From contig JBKBIU010000001.1 of the NCBI GenBank assembly GCA_046294065.1, positions 1-37,082 of the forward strand: a DNA stretch of 37,082 bases, read 5' to 3'. Positions within the stretch are counted from its first letter, which is position 1; the number at the start of each line of letters is the position of its first letter. The notes beneath the pieces were generated by a model, which ran no database searches, had not been told where the DNA came from, and was given only the letters and a program-made list of their open reading frames with translations. The position numbers and the translations under genes are program-made. Origin of the DNA: Pseudothermotoga sp. (GTDB lineage Bacteria; Thermotogota; Thermotogae; Thermotogales; DSM-5069). Of this stretch, positions 1 through 10,400 are shown in pieces.

Positions 1-2
1 TT

Positions 3-434
3 GAAGAGTTCGGTATAAGTATAAAACCTGGGCCTATCTTTGATAAGAATGGAAGGAAGATCGGTGAACATAGAGGACTTGTAAATTACACAATTGGTCA
101 AAGAAAGATAGGAATTTCAACGGGTGAAAAGAAATATGTGGTTAAGATATGCCCACAGGAAAATGCACTGATCGTAGGAAATGAGAAAGATGTTCATTCG
201 GACAGCTTTCGTGTAAGCAATCTGAATATTCTGACAGATTTGGATGAGAAGTTCACTTCCACTGTAAAAGTAAGAAAAAACTCAGAAGAAACTCCATGTG
301 TGGTAACTCTTGAGGGTAATTCAGCTATCGTTAAGAGCGATAAGCCAATCTTTGCTGTGACACCTGGGCAGGTTGCAGTTTTTTATAAAGATGAGATGGT
401 GCTCGCTTCTGGAATCATTGATAATATTTTGTGA
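3..434 (+). CDS. mnmA: tRNA 2-thiouridine(34) synthase MnmA, C-terminal part (gene starts before the window)
   Basis: Frame is open from nt 3: ...GPIFDKNGRKIGEHRGLVNYTIGQRKIG... (HxG..YTIGQR motif) and C-terminal AVTPGQVAVFY...LASGII, both MnmA signatures. Confidence 0.92.
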   Translation, partial: EEFGISIKPGPIFDKNGRKIGEHRGLVNYTIGQRKIGISTGEKKYVVKICPQENALIVGNEKDVHSDSFRVSNLNILTDLDEKFTSTVKVRKNSEETPCVVTLEGNSAIVKSDKPIFAVTPGQVAVFYKDEMVLASGIIDNIL

Positions 435-440
435 TAAAAT
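432..440 (+). promoter_or_regulatory. Possible extended -10 promoter element (TGaTAAAAT) upstream of the rhomboid gene
   Basis: TGn+TAAAAT at 432-440 in the short gap before AAGGAG SD and TTG 476; no convincing -35. Confidence 0.3.
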
Positions 441-475
441 AAGAGAATAAAAGATTTCCTTAAAGGAGTGATTAT

Positions 476-1171
476 TTGTTTCCATTGTACGATACGATAC
501 CAAGTAGGAAAAAACCATATGTCGTGTATACTCTGATTTTGATCAATGCTATCATTTTCATCTATCAGCTTACTCTTTCGAGGGCAGAGTTGATTCAGTT
601 CCTTTACAATTTTGGTGTGGTACCAGCTCGATTCGCCTCTCAGCGCTGGACACAAATTTGGCATTTAAGAACTGGCCTGGAATTCTACACACCAAAATGG
701 TTATCTCTTATCAGTCATATGTTCTTGCACGGAGGGTGGTCCCATCTGATTGGAAACATGTGGTTCCTTGGAGTCTTTGGTGATAATGTCGAAGATAACA
801 TGGGTCATACGATGTTTTTCATCTTTTATATGTCGAGTGGCGTTCTGGCTTCGTTGATGCACTTTGCTCTCAATTTAAACTCACAGGTACCTATGGTTGG
901 AGCTTCTGGTGCTATTTCTGCTGTGATGGGTGCTTATTACGTCTTGTTCCCATATTCTCGTGTTGTTTCATTTATTCCGACGTTCTTTCTTCCATTACTG
1001 ATCGCAATACCGGTGGCAGTGTACCTCTTTGTATGGTTTATCTTCCAAATAATAAGTGGAATTGCCGACAGCGCAATGAACTCCGGTGTAGCATACTGGG
1101 CTCATATAGGAGGTTTCATCGTCGGAATGATCTGGGGACTGTTCAGGAGGAAAAGGACTTATTACTGGTAA
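476..1171 (+). CDS. Rhomboid-family intramembrane serine protease
   Basis: HMFLHGGWSHLIGNM, GASGA catalytic Ser motif, AYWAHIGGF catalytic His, several hydrophobic TM segments; TTG start with AAGGAG SD. Confidence 0.92.
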   Translation: MFPLYDTIPSRKKPYVVYTLILINAIIFIYQLTLSRAELIQFLYNFGVVPARFASQRWTQIWHLRTGLEFYTPKWLSLISHMFLHGGWSHLIGNMWFLGVFGDNVEDNMGHTMFFIFYMSSGVLASLMHFALNLNSQVPMVGASGAISAVMGAYYVLFPYSRVVSFIPTFFLPLLIAIPVAVYLFVWFIFQIISGIADSAMNSGVAYWAHIGGFIVGMIWGLFRRKRTYYW

Positions 1172-1185
1172 AGGAGGAGTTGGAG

Positions 1186-2592
1186 TTGTTTGAAAAAATG
1201 ACAATAGAAGATTGCCTAAATTACAACAGAGAAGAACTGATAGCACAATCTTATGAGAGAATACGATCGATCGATCCTGTCATCAAGAGTTTTATAACTG
1301 TCGTAGAAAAGCCCCAAATGAATGATGGACCATACAGGGGAATCCCAATAGCAATCAAAGATAATATTACCACAAAAGGTATAAAGACCACTTGTGCCTC
1401 CAAGATACTTGAGAACTACGTCCCTCCCTACGATGCAACTTGTGTCAAAAGGCTTAAAGATTATGGTTTTGCAATCATTGGAAAGACTAACATGGACGAA
1501 TTTGCAATGGGCTCGAGCACAGAAAGGTCAGCATTCTTCACCACGAGGAATCCTTGGGATATAGAGTGTGTTGCTGGCGGGAGTAGTGGTGGATCTGCAG
1601 CAGTAGTTGCAAGTGGACAGGTTATTGCTGCTCTTGGAAGTGATACGGGTGGGTCCGTAAGGCAACCAGCATCTTTCTGTGGTGTGGTTGGTTTCAAACC
1701 AACCTATGGATTGGTGTCAAGGTATGGTTTGATTGCTTTTGCATCTTCACTGGACCAGGTTGGTCCCATAACAAAATCCGTCAGAGATGCTGCACTGATG
1801 ATGGAGATAATTGCAGGTAAGGATCCTTTCGATTCAACAACCGTTTCAAGAAAGATAGATTTTCTCAGTCAGATCGAGGAAGATATTCATGGAATGAAAT
1901 TTGCAGTTCCTAAAGAAGTTTACGAGTATGAACAACTCGACGGTGAGGTGGCCGAACGTTTTGAAGAAGCAATTAGAACAGCCCAGAAGCTGGGTGCTAC
2001 GGCTGAGCGTGTAAAGATCCCGAGCATGAAATATGCCGTTGCAACTTACTATGTGATAGCACCAGCTGAGGCTAGTTCAAATTTGGCAAGATATGATGGT
2101 GTCAAGTATGGTTTGAGAATAGAAGAAACAGGATTGAGAGATATGTATATGAAGACTCGAAACGCAGGTTTTGGTGAAGAAGTAAGGCGAAGAATAGTTT
2201 TAGGAACCTTTACTTTGAGTGCGGCATACTACGAAGCTTACTTCAATAAAGCCTTGAAGGTGAGAAGAATAATCGCAAACGACATAAACCAAGTCCTTGA
2301 AAAGTTCGATGCCATTCTCACTCCCACATCCCCTATACCTACCTTCAAGATCGGTTCGATCTCCGATCCTTTGACATATTATCTTATGGATATTTTCACA
2401 GTTCCAGCGAACTTGGTTGGAATTCCTGCTATAAGTATTCCTTTTGGTTTTGCACATAATAAACCCATAGGCTTACAAATAATGGGAAAGAGGTTTGATG
2501 ATGGAAAGGTTTTGAGAATTGCAAGAAATTTTGAAAAAGCATCGCCTTACAACGATAACGGTAGAATCAGATTACCGGTGGTGAGAATATGA
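1186..2592 (+). CDS. gatA: Asp/Glu-tRNA(Asn/Gln) amidotransferase subunit A
   Basis: Amidase signature ([39 protein letters not shown]) and SSNLARYDG; start moved from 1033 to TTG 1186 behind AAGGAGG (1171-1177). Confidence 0.96.
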   Translation: MFEKMTIEDCLNYNREELIAQSYERIRSIDPVIKSFITVVEKPQMNDGPYRGIPIAIKDNITTKGIKTTCASKILENYVPPYDATCVKRLKDYGFAIIGKTNMDEFAMGSSTERSAFFTTRNPWDIECVAGGSSGGSAAVVASGQVIAALGSDTGGSVRQPASFCGVVGFKPTYGLVSRYGLIAFASSLDQVGPITKSVRDAALMMEIIAGKDPFDSTTVSRKIDFLSQIEEDIHGMKFAVPKEVYEYEQLDGEVAERFEEAIRTAQKLGATAERVKIPSMKYAVATYYVIAPAEASSNLARYDGVKYGLRIEETGLRDMYMKTRNAGFGEEVRRRIVLGTFTLSAAYYEAYFNKALKVRRIIANDINQVLEKFDAILTPTSPIPTFKIGSISDPLTYYLMDIFTVPANLVGIPAISIPFGFAHNKPIGLQIMGKRFDDGKVLRIARNFEKASPYNDNGRIRLPVVRI

Positions 2593-4034
2593 ACTATAGA
2601 ACAGTCGTAGGTCTTGAAATACATGTTCAGTTGATGACTAAGACAAAAGCATTCTGTTCCTGCCGGGCAGACGTATTCGAATTACCAGCGAATACAGCTG
2701 TGTGCCCAGTTTGCACCGGTCAGCCCGGGGCACTGCCAGTCGTTAATTCTTCTATGGTAGAGTATGCAGCAAAGATCGCTCTTGCTTTGAACTGCAATGT
2801 ACATGAATATTCAAGATTCGATAGGAAAAATTACTTTTATCCAGATTTGCCAAAGGGTTATCAGATAACACAGTACTTTTACCCCATAGCGACCTCAGGA
2901 TACATGGACATCGATGTTGATGGGCAAGTGAAAAGAATCAGAATCAGGAGGCTGCACATAGAAGAAGATGCAGGTAAATTGATACACGAGGGAGACTCAA
3001 TAACTCAAGCTCATTATTCGTTAGTAGATATGAATCGCTGTGGAGTTCCTTTGGTGGAAATTGTCACCGAACCAGACCTTTCATCACCAAAAGAAGCAAG
3101 ATTATTTGTAGAAAAATTGCGCACGATATTGAGATATCTGCAAGTGAGTACCGGCGATATGGAAAAAGGAGCTCTAAGATGCGATGCAAATATTTCGGTT
3201 GTTGACGAGATAAATAATATTCAGAGCAACAGAGTAGAGGTCAAAAACATGAACTCCTTCAGATTCATAGAAAAGGCTCTTGAGTACGAAGAACAGAGAA
3301 TTATCGATGCCCTGAAAAACGGACAGAATGTCGAGAAAGAAACGAGAGGTTGGGACTTAAGCAATAGAATAACGATCTCGATGCGCGGCAAAGAAGAAGA
3401 AAGCGACTACAGATACTTCCCAGAACCCGATATTCCCCCGGTGATTCTTTCGAAAGAGAAATTGGAGCAAATCAAATCAACTCTTGTGGAGTTACCAGAT
3501 CAAAAAATAGAAAGATTTGTTGAAGTATACAAGATACCAAGGTATGATGCAACAGTCCTTGCAATGAACAAAGAAATTGCAGACTTTTACGAAGCTTGTG
3601 TGAAAAAGATAGGCAAACCAAAAGAAGTGAGTAACTGGATAATGACAGAGATGCTTAGAGAGATGAAACAACTTGAAACCGAGCAGATAAACATAACACC
3701 TGAACATATTTACGAACTGTTTTCTTTGATGGATAAAGGTGAAATCTCCATAAAGATAGCAAAGGATATATTTCCCCACGTTTTCAGAACTGGAAAAATG
3801 CCAGGTGAAATACTTGAAGAAAGGGGCATCAGACAGATCAGCGATGAAAAACTCATAGAAGAGATTGCTAGAAGAGCCATGGTGCAAAATCCAAAGGCTG
3901 TGGAACAGTATCGATCAGGAAAGACAAACATTATTGGTTATTTCGTAGGACAAGTGATGAAAGAAACGAAGGGTTCTGCAAACCCGCAGTTGGTGAATGA
4001 TGTCGTAAAGCGTCTGTTGGAGGGGTCGAGTTGA
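2589..4034 (+). CDS. gatB: Asp/Glu-tRNA(Asn/Gln) amidotransferase subunit B
   Basis: [52 protein letters not shown]-terminal YqeY domain; ATGA overlap with gatA. Confidence 0.97.
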   Translation: MNYRTVVGLEIHVQLMTKTKAFCSCRADVFELPANTAVCPVCTGQPGALPVVNSSMVEYAAKIALALNCNVHEYSRFDRKNYFYPDLPKGYQITQYFYPIATSGYMDIDVDGQVKRIRIRRLHIEEDAGKLIHEGDSITQAHYSLVDMNRCGVPLVEIVTEPDLSSPKEARLFVEKLRTILRYLQVSTGDMEKGALRCDANISVVDEINNIQSNRVEVKNMNSFRFIEKALEYEEQRIIDALKNGQNVEKETRGWDLSNRITISMRGKEEESDYRYFPEPDIPPVILSKEKLEQIKSTLVELPDQKIERFVEVYKIPRYDATVLAMNKEIADFYEACVKKIGKPKEVSNWIMTEMLREMKQLETEQINITPEHIYELFSLMDKGEISIKIAKDIFPHVFRTGKMPGEILEERGIRQISDEKLIEEIARRAMVQNPKAVEQYRSGKTNIIGYFVGQVMKETKGSANPQLVNDVVKRLLEGSS

Positions 4035-4789
4035 AATATCTATCATTTGTCTTGATTTTGATTTTTACATCCATCTCCAGCGCTGTTCAGTTCAGCTTAT
4101 CAAACGATATTCAGCATTTCATTGATGTTGGGAATTTGCTGATCAGTCTCAGCAGCAGCGATTCACAGATAGGTTTTGTCTACAAGGATAGCAGGTCCAC
4201 CTATACCAAGCTTGGGTTCTTCAAATTTAAAAGTTCCGATGCAACCTTAGCTGTTGGTGGTACAATTGGACGTTCGTGGACCGCAGTGATGAAAATCGAG
4301 ACAAATACCTATGGTATAGCACCCGGGCAATACAGTTTCAATTTTGTGGTTAGCCCAGAAAAATCCTATGCAAATTGGAAGATCAATCAGAAGTTCTTCT
4401 TCGGAAATAATGTATTGAGTTTCAATACCTTTGAAAGAATAGGTGATATATCTGTTGGATTTTCCAGGGCGTATATGAGATTCCAAAACAGAGAGGTAGG
4501 TGTTTATAGACTCAATGAAGGTCTCTTTGCTGGTTTCTTCCCGTATACCATAGGACAAACAGGTGAAGAAGGTTTCTTCATGGGTGCTGGTTGGATGAAT
4601 GGCTTTTCTGGATTCTTTTCATTCAGAAGTCGTCTGGCACTGCAGAACAGTTCAACCTTCATAGATCCTTTTGTCATAATCAAGACTGATTCTGTTTTCT
4701 TTGGCATCAGGATAGAGATAACTGGCTCTGATTTTCGAGGAGATTTGTTGTTCACAGGTGGGAAGGTGTTTTTCAGTGCATCGTTCTAA
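4031..4789 (+). CDS. Hypothetical exported protein, candidate beta-barrel envelope protein
   Basis: N-terminal signal peptide ([18 protein letters not shown]), G/F/S-rich amphipathic beta-like segments, terminal Phe (..GKVFFSASF); overlaps both neighbours. Confidence 0.7.
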   Translation: MKYLSFVLILIFTSISSAVQFSLSNDIQHFIDVGNLLISLSSSDSQIGFVYKDSRSTYTKLGFFKFKSSDATLAVGGTIGRSWTAVMKIETNTYGIAPGQYSFNFVVSPEKSYANWKINQKFFFGNNVLSFNTFERIGDISVGFSRAYMRFQNREVGVYRLNEGLFAGFFPYTIGQTGEEGFFMGAGWMNGFSGFFSFRSRLALQNSSTFIDPFVIIKTDSVFFGIRIEITGSDFRGDLLFTGGKVFFSASF

Positions 4790-5897
4790 AAGTCTTGGTA
4801 TTTATGTGCACATACCCTTTTGCAAGAGTAGATGTTCTTACTGTGATTTTGTTTCATACACAGATTTTTCTGATATGGAAATCTATTTTAATTGCCTGAA
4901 CGAAGAGATAGAAATGTGGTCCCGGTTACTTGGAATGAGAAAGGTTGGTACTGTGTACATCGGTGGTGGTACGCCAAGTGATGTGCCAATTGAATATCTT
5001 TCAAAAATTCTGAGCTGTATAGAGAAAAATTTCAATTTGATCGATCCTGAGATTACGATCGAGGTAAACCCAGACTTTTCTGGTTTTGCAGATTTGAAGA
5101 ATCTTGGAATAAACAGATTGAGCATGGGGCTTCAAGCCGCGGATGATCTTATTCTCAGAGCAGTGAGGCGGAGGCATTCAGTCCTCGATTTCCAAAAAGC
5201 TTACGAGAGCGCGAGTATCTATTTTGATAACATAAATGTTGATTTTATAGTTGGATTACCCTATGAATCTCACGAAACGATTGTAAAGAATTTAGAAATA
5301 ATTGAACGCTATCGACCAAAACATGTCTCTGTTTATATTCTCGAATTACACAAGGAAAACGAGATGATATCCCGCATAGATCAGGACGATACAGCGATTC
5401 ATCATGAAATCTTTGTTGGTGAACTTGAAAAGCTTGGGTATGAAAGATATGAGATATCTAACTTTTCTTTGCAAGGATACCGGTGCAAACACAATTTAAA
5501 ATACTGGAATAACGACGATTACATAGGTGTGGGTGTTTCTGCTGGTGGCCATATTGAATCAAAAAGATATGTAAATGTCTCAGAGCTGCAAAGGTACCTC
5601 GAGACAGTAGATAAAAACGAGTTTGCCTTTGAATTCTTCCACCACAACGATTCTTTTGAGGAACTGAGAGAAACATTGTTCATGTCCCTGAGGCTTTGTG
5701 AAGGTGTCAAAATTGAAAAATTGAAGGAAATTGCACCAAAGATTAATTTAAATAAGTTGGTTGCCATGTTCCCAGATCAACTAGTTTTGGAAAGAGATAG
5801 GTTAAGAATGACTGAGGCTGGCATGGATTTTTCCTGTTCTTTATTGTCTGAAATAGTTGATAAAGATACCCTTTTACGGGTGATTGGGGGTGAGTAA
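4776..5897 (+). CDS. hemW: Radical SAM heme chaperone HemW (HemN-like)
   Basis: YVHIPFCKSRCSYCDF, YIGGGTPS, YEISNF and HNLKYW (HNxxYW HemW motif); GTG 4776 behind GGAAGGTG preferred over 4758. Confidence 0.9.
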   Translation: MHRSKSLGIYVHIPFCKSRCSYCDFVSYTDFSDMEIYFNCLNEEIEMWSRLLGMRKVGTVYIGGGTPSDVPIEYLSKILSCIEKNFNLIDPEITIEVNPDFSGFADLKNLGINRLSMGLQAADDLILRAVRRRHSVLDFQKAYESASIYFDNINVDFIVGLPYESHETIVKNLEIIERYRPKHVSVYILELHKENEMISRIDQDDTAIHHEIFVGELEKLGYERYEISNFSLQGYRCKHNLKYWNNDDYIGVGVSAGGHIESKRYVNVSELQRYLETVDKNEFAFEFFHHNDSFEELRETLFMSLRLCEGVKIEKLKEIAPKINLNKLVAMFPDQLVLERDRLRMTEAGMDFSCSLLSEIVDKDTLLRVIGGE

Positions 5898-5898
5898 G

Positions 5899-6480
5899 AT
5901 GGTCTTCGCTGAGAGCTTGGAAAAGTACAATCTTCACTACCCAGCAAATGTTGCAATCATTTGCTCTAAATACGAAGAGAGGACTAATCTTATGGCTGCG
6001 GCATGGCACACACAACTTTCTCACGATCCACCACTGTATGGTGTATCGGTCTCTCCAAAAAGATTTACCCATGATTTAATATTGGTTTCAAAGGAATTCA
6101 CAGTCAATTTTATGAGGTTCGATCAAAGTCGTTTAACAGCCTTTGTTGGTAAAACATCTGGCAGGGATATTGACAAAGTAAATGTGTTCGAAATAGATTT
6201 GCTTGATGGGAAAAATGTGAAGGCACCTGTGATGAAAAATGCTTATGCCGCTTATGAGTGTAAACTCATCGATTTTCGTAAGACGGGAGATCATACCTTT
6301 TTTATAGGGAAAATAGTTGGAGTTCACTACGATCCAAATGCCTTCTCACCTTTTTTAAACATTATTCCAACGCTTTATTTGGGATCAGATATGTATGTTA
6401 CCTTCGATCCTTCAACCAAGCGATTACACGATGAGAAACAGGTCAAGGAATATTTATCCAAATGGGTTCAGGGTGATTAG
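5899..6480 (+). CDS. Flavin reductase-like (flavoredoxin/FMN-binding split barrel) protein
   Basis: NLMAAAW, SGRDIDK, AYECKL, GDHTFFIGKIV motifs; ATG 5899 behind GGGGTGA. Confidence 0.85.
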   Translation: MVFAESLEKYNLHYPANVAIICSKYEERTNLMAAAWHTQLSHDPPLYGVSVSPKRFTHDLILVSKEFTVNFMRFDQSRLTAFVGKTSGRDIDKVNVFEIDLLDGKNVKAPVMKNAYAAYECKLIDFRKTGDHTFFIGKIVGVHYDPNAFSPFLNIIPTLYLGSDMYVTFDPSTKRLHDEKQVKEYLSKWVQGD

Positions 6481-7452
6481 ATGAATGAAATTGCAAAGAT
6501 GGTTTCCCAGATAATTGATTTACAAGACATACTAATAGTGGGGCATGTTATGCCTGACGGTGATGACATAAGCAGTGTTGCTTCGTTAACTCTGGGCTTG
6601 AAGCAACTTGGTAAGAATTGTTTTGGTTCGATAGACAGTAAGATACCAGATTACTACAAGGTTTTTGCAGGAGTAAACGAAATAAAGTCGTATGACGAGA
6701 TCCTCAATTTTGTGCCACAGTTGATTGTTGTGTTAGATAGTTCCTCACCAGATAGAGTTGGCCGCTTCGAGCCAATGCTTTCAAATCATAGAACAATTGT
6801 TATAGATCATCACTCAACAAATACACTTTTTGGTGATATAAACTGGGTTGACACATCGTATGCCGCTACTGCGCAGATGGTTTATACTCTCAATAAGGTG
6901 CTAGGCATTACATATGATTCTGAACTTGCAACGACAAATTTAATGGGTATGGCAACCGATTCAGGTTTTTTCAGATTTTCAAACACAGATGAGCGCCTTT
7001 TTAAGGATGCAGCTGAACTTGTACGGTTTGGTGCTAAACCATACTTTATTGCTACTACAATCCTTGAGAACAAAAGACCTGAACAAATGAAACTGTACTG
7101 CACCATGATTAATCATATGATTTTAGAGGACTCTTTGGTTTATTCGTGGTTGAGTTACGAAGATTACCTCGAAAACAACTGTGTTGAGGACGATAGCACA
7201 GGATTTGTGGGTGAAATGAGAGCGTTGAAAGATGTCGAGGTAGCGATTCTGTTTACAGAGTTCCCGAAAAATGAAATACATGTGAGTTTTAGATCGAAAA
7301 ATTGGTTCGATGTGAGCAGAGTCGCTTCCATTTTAGGGGGCGGAGGTCATGCAAGAGCCGCTGGTTGCTCTTTCAAAGGGACAAAACTCGAAGATGTACT
7401 CAAGGAGGTTGTGAGCCTAACAAAAGATTTTTTACAGGGGGGAATCAAGTGA
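6481..7452 (+). CDS. nrnA: DHH/DHHA1 bifunctional oligoribonuclease / pAp phosphatase (nanoRNase NrnA-type, linear dinucleotide phosphodiesterase)
   Basis: [37 protein letters not shown] motifs. Confidence 0.9.
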   Translation: MNEIAKMVSQIIDLQDILIVGHVMPDGDDISSVASLTLGLKQLGKNCFGSIDSKIPDYYKVFAGVNEIKSYDEILNFVPQLIVVLDSSSPDRVGRFEPMLSNHRTIVIDHHSTNTLFGDINWVDTSYAATAQMVYTLNKVLGITYDSELATTNLMGMATDSGFFRFSNTDERLFKDAAELVRFGAKPYFIATTILENKRPEQMKLYCTMINHMILEDSLVYSWLSYEDYLENNCVEDDSTGFVGEMRALKDVEVAILFTEFPKNEIHVSFRSKNWFDVSRVASILGGGGHARAAGCSFKGTKLEDVLKEVVSLTKDFLQGGIK

Positions 7453-10400
7453 AGTTAGTCAAGTTTCTCAGAGAAACATATATTGGTGATGAACATTTGA
7501 TTCTAAACGAAAATGTTTATATGAGATTGCGCGTGATAAGACCTGAGGCTGTTGGTAGTAGAAAACAAGAACTGACGAACATATTAGCTTCCTTTGCCCG
7601 CATAAGACATCCCGGGATCTTAGTACCTGAAACATATGATTTGAGAGATGTACCGAGGATTTACTTTCCATATCTTGAAGGCAAGCCAGTTAACGTTGAA
7701 AACAAGATAGAAAGAGGAAATTTTGTGCTCTTTTTGCTAAACTTACTGAGAGAACTTGTACACAGAGAAGTTGCCATACCTGTTATCTCAATTGATGATT
7801 TTCTCAAAGCCGAGAACTTCTTCATGCTCCCACCCTGTTGGGTCAACCCAGACCGATTACCAGAGGGCAAGTATGTTTTCGTCGCGCCAGAATTCATCAA
7901 AGGGCAGAAAATTTCGGTTGCCTCAACCGTTTATGTATTTGGAAAACTCATAGACTCTTTGAGTGATACACAAGAGATAAAGCAATTCATTTTTAGTTTC
8001 ATTAAAGAAGATCCAAGGGAGAGAAAAACTCACCTTCCTGCGGCTGTTTATCTATTAAATGAAACTGCATCATCAGTTGGTTTAATGGGATTGCGTCTAA
8101 CAACAATCCATAGAGCTGAAGAGAATAGGATATTAGAGATCGTGAAAAATAACCAAAAGGATATGAAAACAATCTTCATTTATGGGTCTCAAAGAATCGG
8201 AAAAACTACTCTTCTGGGCTCTATATCTGATCAACTTAGGAATGAGGGTTATCCAGTGATATGGGCAACAGATCTACAAAACTTCGTTATTGGGATTCTT
8301 CAGTTCGTAGATGACAGAGTACTTTCCAACTTGGACACACAAGACAAGGAATGGATCGAAAAAGTTGCACTTTCTGACCGTATGAATGCCTCTGAGGTCG
8401 TTCTCAGAGTTGCAAAGATTCTAAATAATCTTACCTCCGTTGTAATAATCGTCGATGATGCTCATGAAATGGATCTATCACTCAAGGCAACCATTGAACA
8501 ACTCCAAAATTACAGTTATTCTGCTGGACACACTTTGATCTTGGCTTCGTTCCAGAAAAACATTCCTCTTTCTTATGACTCGCTCATTGAACTTGAACCT
8601 TTCAACTTGGATAAAACAATCGAAATGATATCGGCGATGTTCATGATCAGCAAGAACGATGTTGAAGATTTTGGCAGATGGATTCATACTGTTAGTCATG
8701 GTTTGCCTGGACAAGTAGTTGAACTTGTCCGGCTTTTGGTAAAAAACAATGCCTTAAACATCGAAAAGAATAGATTGGTAGTTAGCCAAGGGATTCTTAA
8801 GAGAACAGATTTTAAACAGATTTTGCAGTTATCACTGGGGAATCTGATTGACTCGGGTGCTCATCTCATAGCCATATTGGGGGAAAGATTTGGATTAAAA
8901 GAGCTCGAGTATCTCAGTTTGGTTAGCTCGCTGGATATTTCTGTGATCAACACAAAACTGGCTCAGCTAATCGACAACGGATTGGTTTATTGGGAAGAAG
9001 GAAAGTACAGATTCATAATCTTCGACGCGTGGCAATCTCTTTATGCGGAAATAGAACCACAGGAAAGAATAAGATTACACGATAGATTGGCAAGTGAGAT
9101 TCAAGACCCTGCAAAGAGAGCTTGGCATTTACAGATGCTTGGTAGAAAAACCTCTGCAGTTGCACTCTATCTTTTGACTGCCAGGAAAGAACTCGCAAGT
9201 TACCATGATATTTCAGTGGCTATATCTTTGTTAGAAGAAGCGGAGAAACTTCTGGAAGGTAGAGAAAGCTATGCATTAAACAGTTTGAAACTTAGAGCAC
9301 TGCAAATCAAACAAGATTCCAATGCCTTGGAAAGATATGCACTCGCTTTGAGTACGAAATACGATTTTCTAAGGTACAGCGCTTTAGTATACGCGTCAAA
9401 GGCGAATCTTGCCAAAGAGATGGAAAAAGAGAACCTCTTTGAATCAAAAACAGATTACAGTAAGCTCTTGAAATTATGTTGCAGAATGAGGCGTATGCTG
9501 CTTTCAGGGGAAAGATTACCTGAAAAATTACTCAACAAAGTTGAAATCTTGTTTGCAAGACTCAAAGACACGAAATTGCACAAAAGATTAAGAGCATTGA
9601 CACTGTTGCTAATGGCACAAAGTACACGAAGATCGAGTATGAGCAATTTGGAGCTTTTGAACCAAGCTAAACAGATTGCAAAGAACGAAGGTTTCTTGGA
9701 TGTTCTAGCGGCAGTTCTTAATGAACTTGGCACAAGGCTTGCTGCTGATTCAGAATCAAAGAGATTGTTTGAAAGTGTCGTGGAAATTGCCCACAAAATA
9801 GGATCAGACGGATTGGCAATGGTTGGATTGTCCAACATGATTTGGACCAGTTTGTATAGAGGCGATGTTCATAAGATGTTTCAAGATATTGCAAGATTGA
9901 GACAACTTACCAGCATAACTGGGAATATCCAGCTTGAGGCATACAGCCACTTCATAGAGGCAAATTTCCATATGTATAATCGTGAATTAGACGAGGCATT
10001 GGAGGACTACAATCGTGAACTTTCAATAGAAAGGTACCTTGGTATCGAAGAAAGGGCACTCAGAGGAATAGCCTGTGCCCATGCTCTATCTGGCAATATA
10101 GACCGGGCAAAGCAAGTGATACTGGAAAACATTGAAAATCCTGCTATTAACAATCAAGCTTTTGTACCTTTCAGAGATTTGTTTTTGGCTCAAAATGATA
10201 TGGAGTTTTTAGATGCATGGCAGAAGTTTCTCAGGAAAGATACCCCATACTGGTCTGAAGAAGCATGTCAGATATTCGCAGAAAGATTGATCAAGATAGA
10301 CAGGAAAGGTTTTATCAAGTTTGCGAAGCAGCTTGAAACAAACGCTATAAAGAGTGGAGCTTTCCTGTCTCTTGCACAGGTCTATGAGGGAGTGGCGATT

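Noticed and set aside
1033-1185. 51-codon N-terminal extension of GatA in the ORF track
   Set aside because: Overlaps the rhomboid gene in another frame; the strong SD points to TTG 1186
7302-7448. Cys/Arg-rich N-terminal extension of the diguanylate cyclase
   Set aside because: Alternative-frame read of the nrnA 3' end; GTG 7449 has an SD and a stop/start overlap
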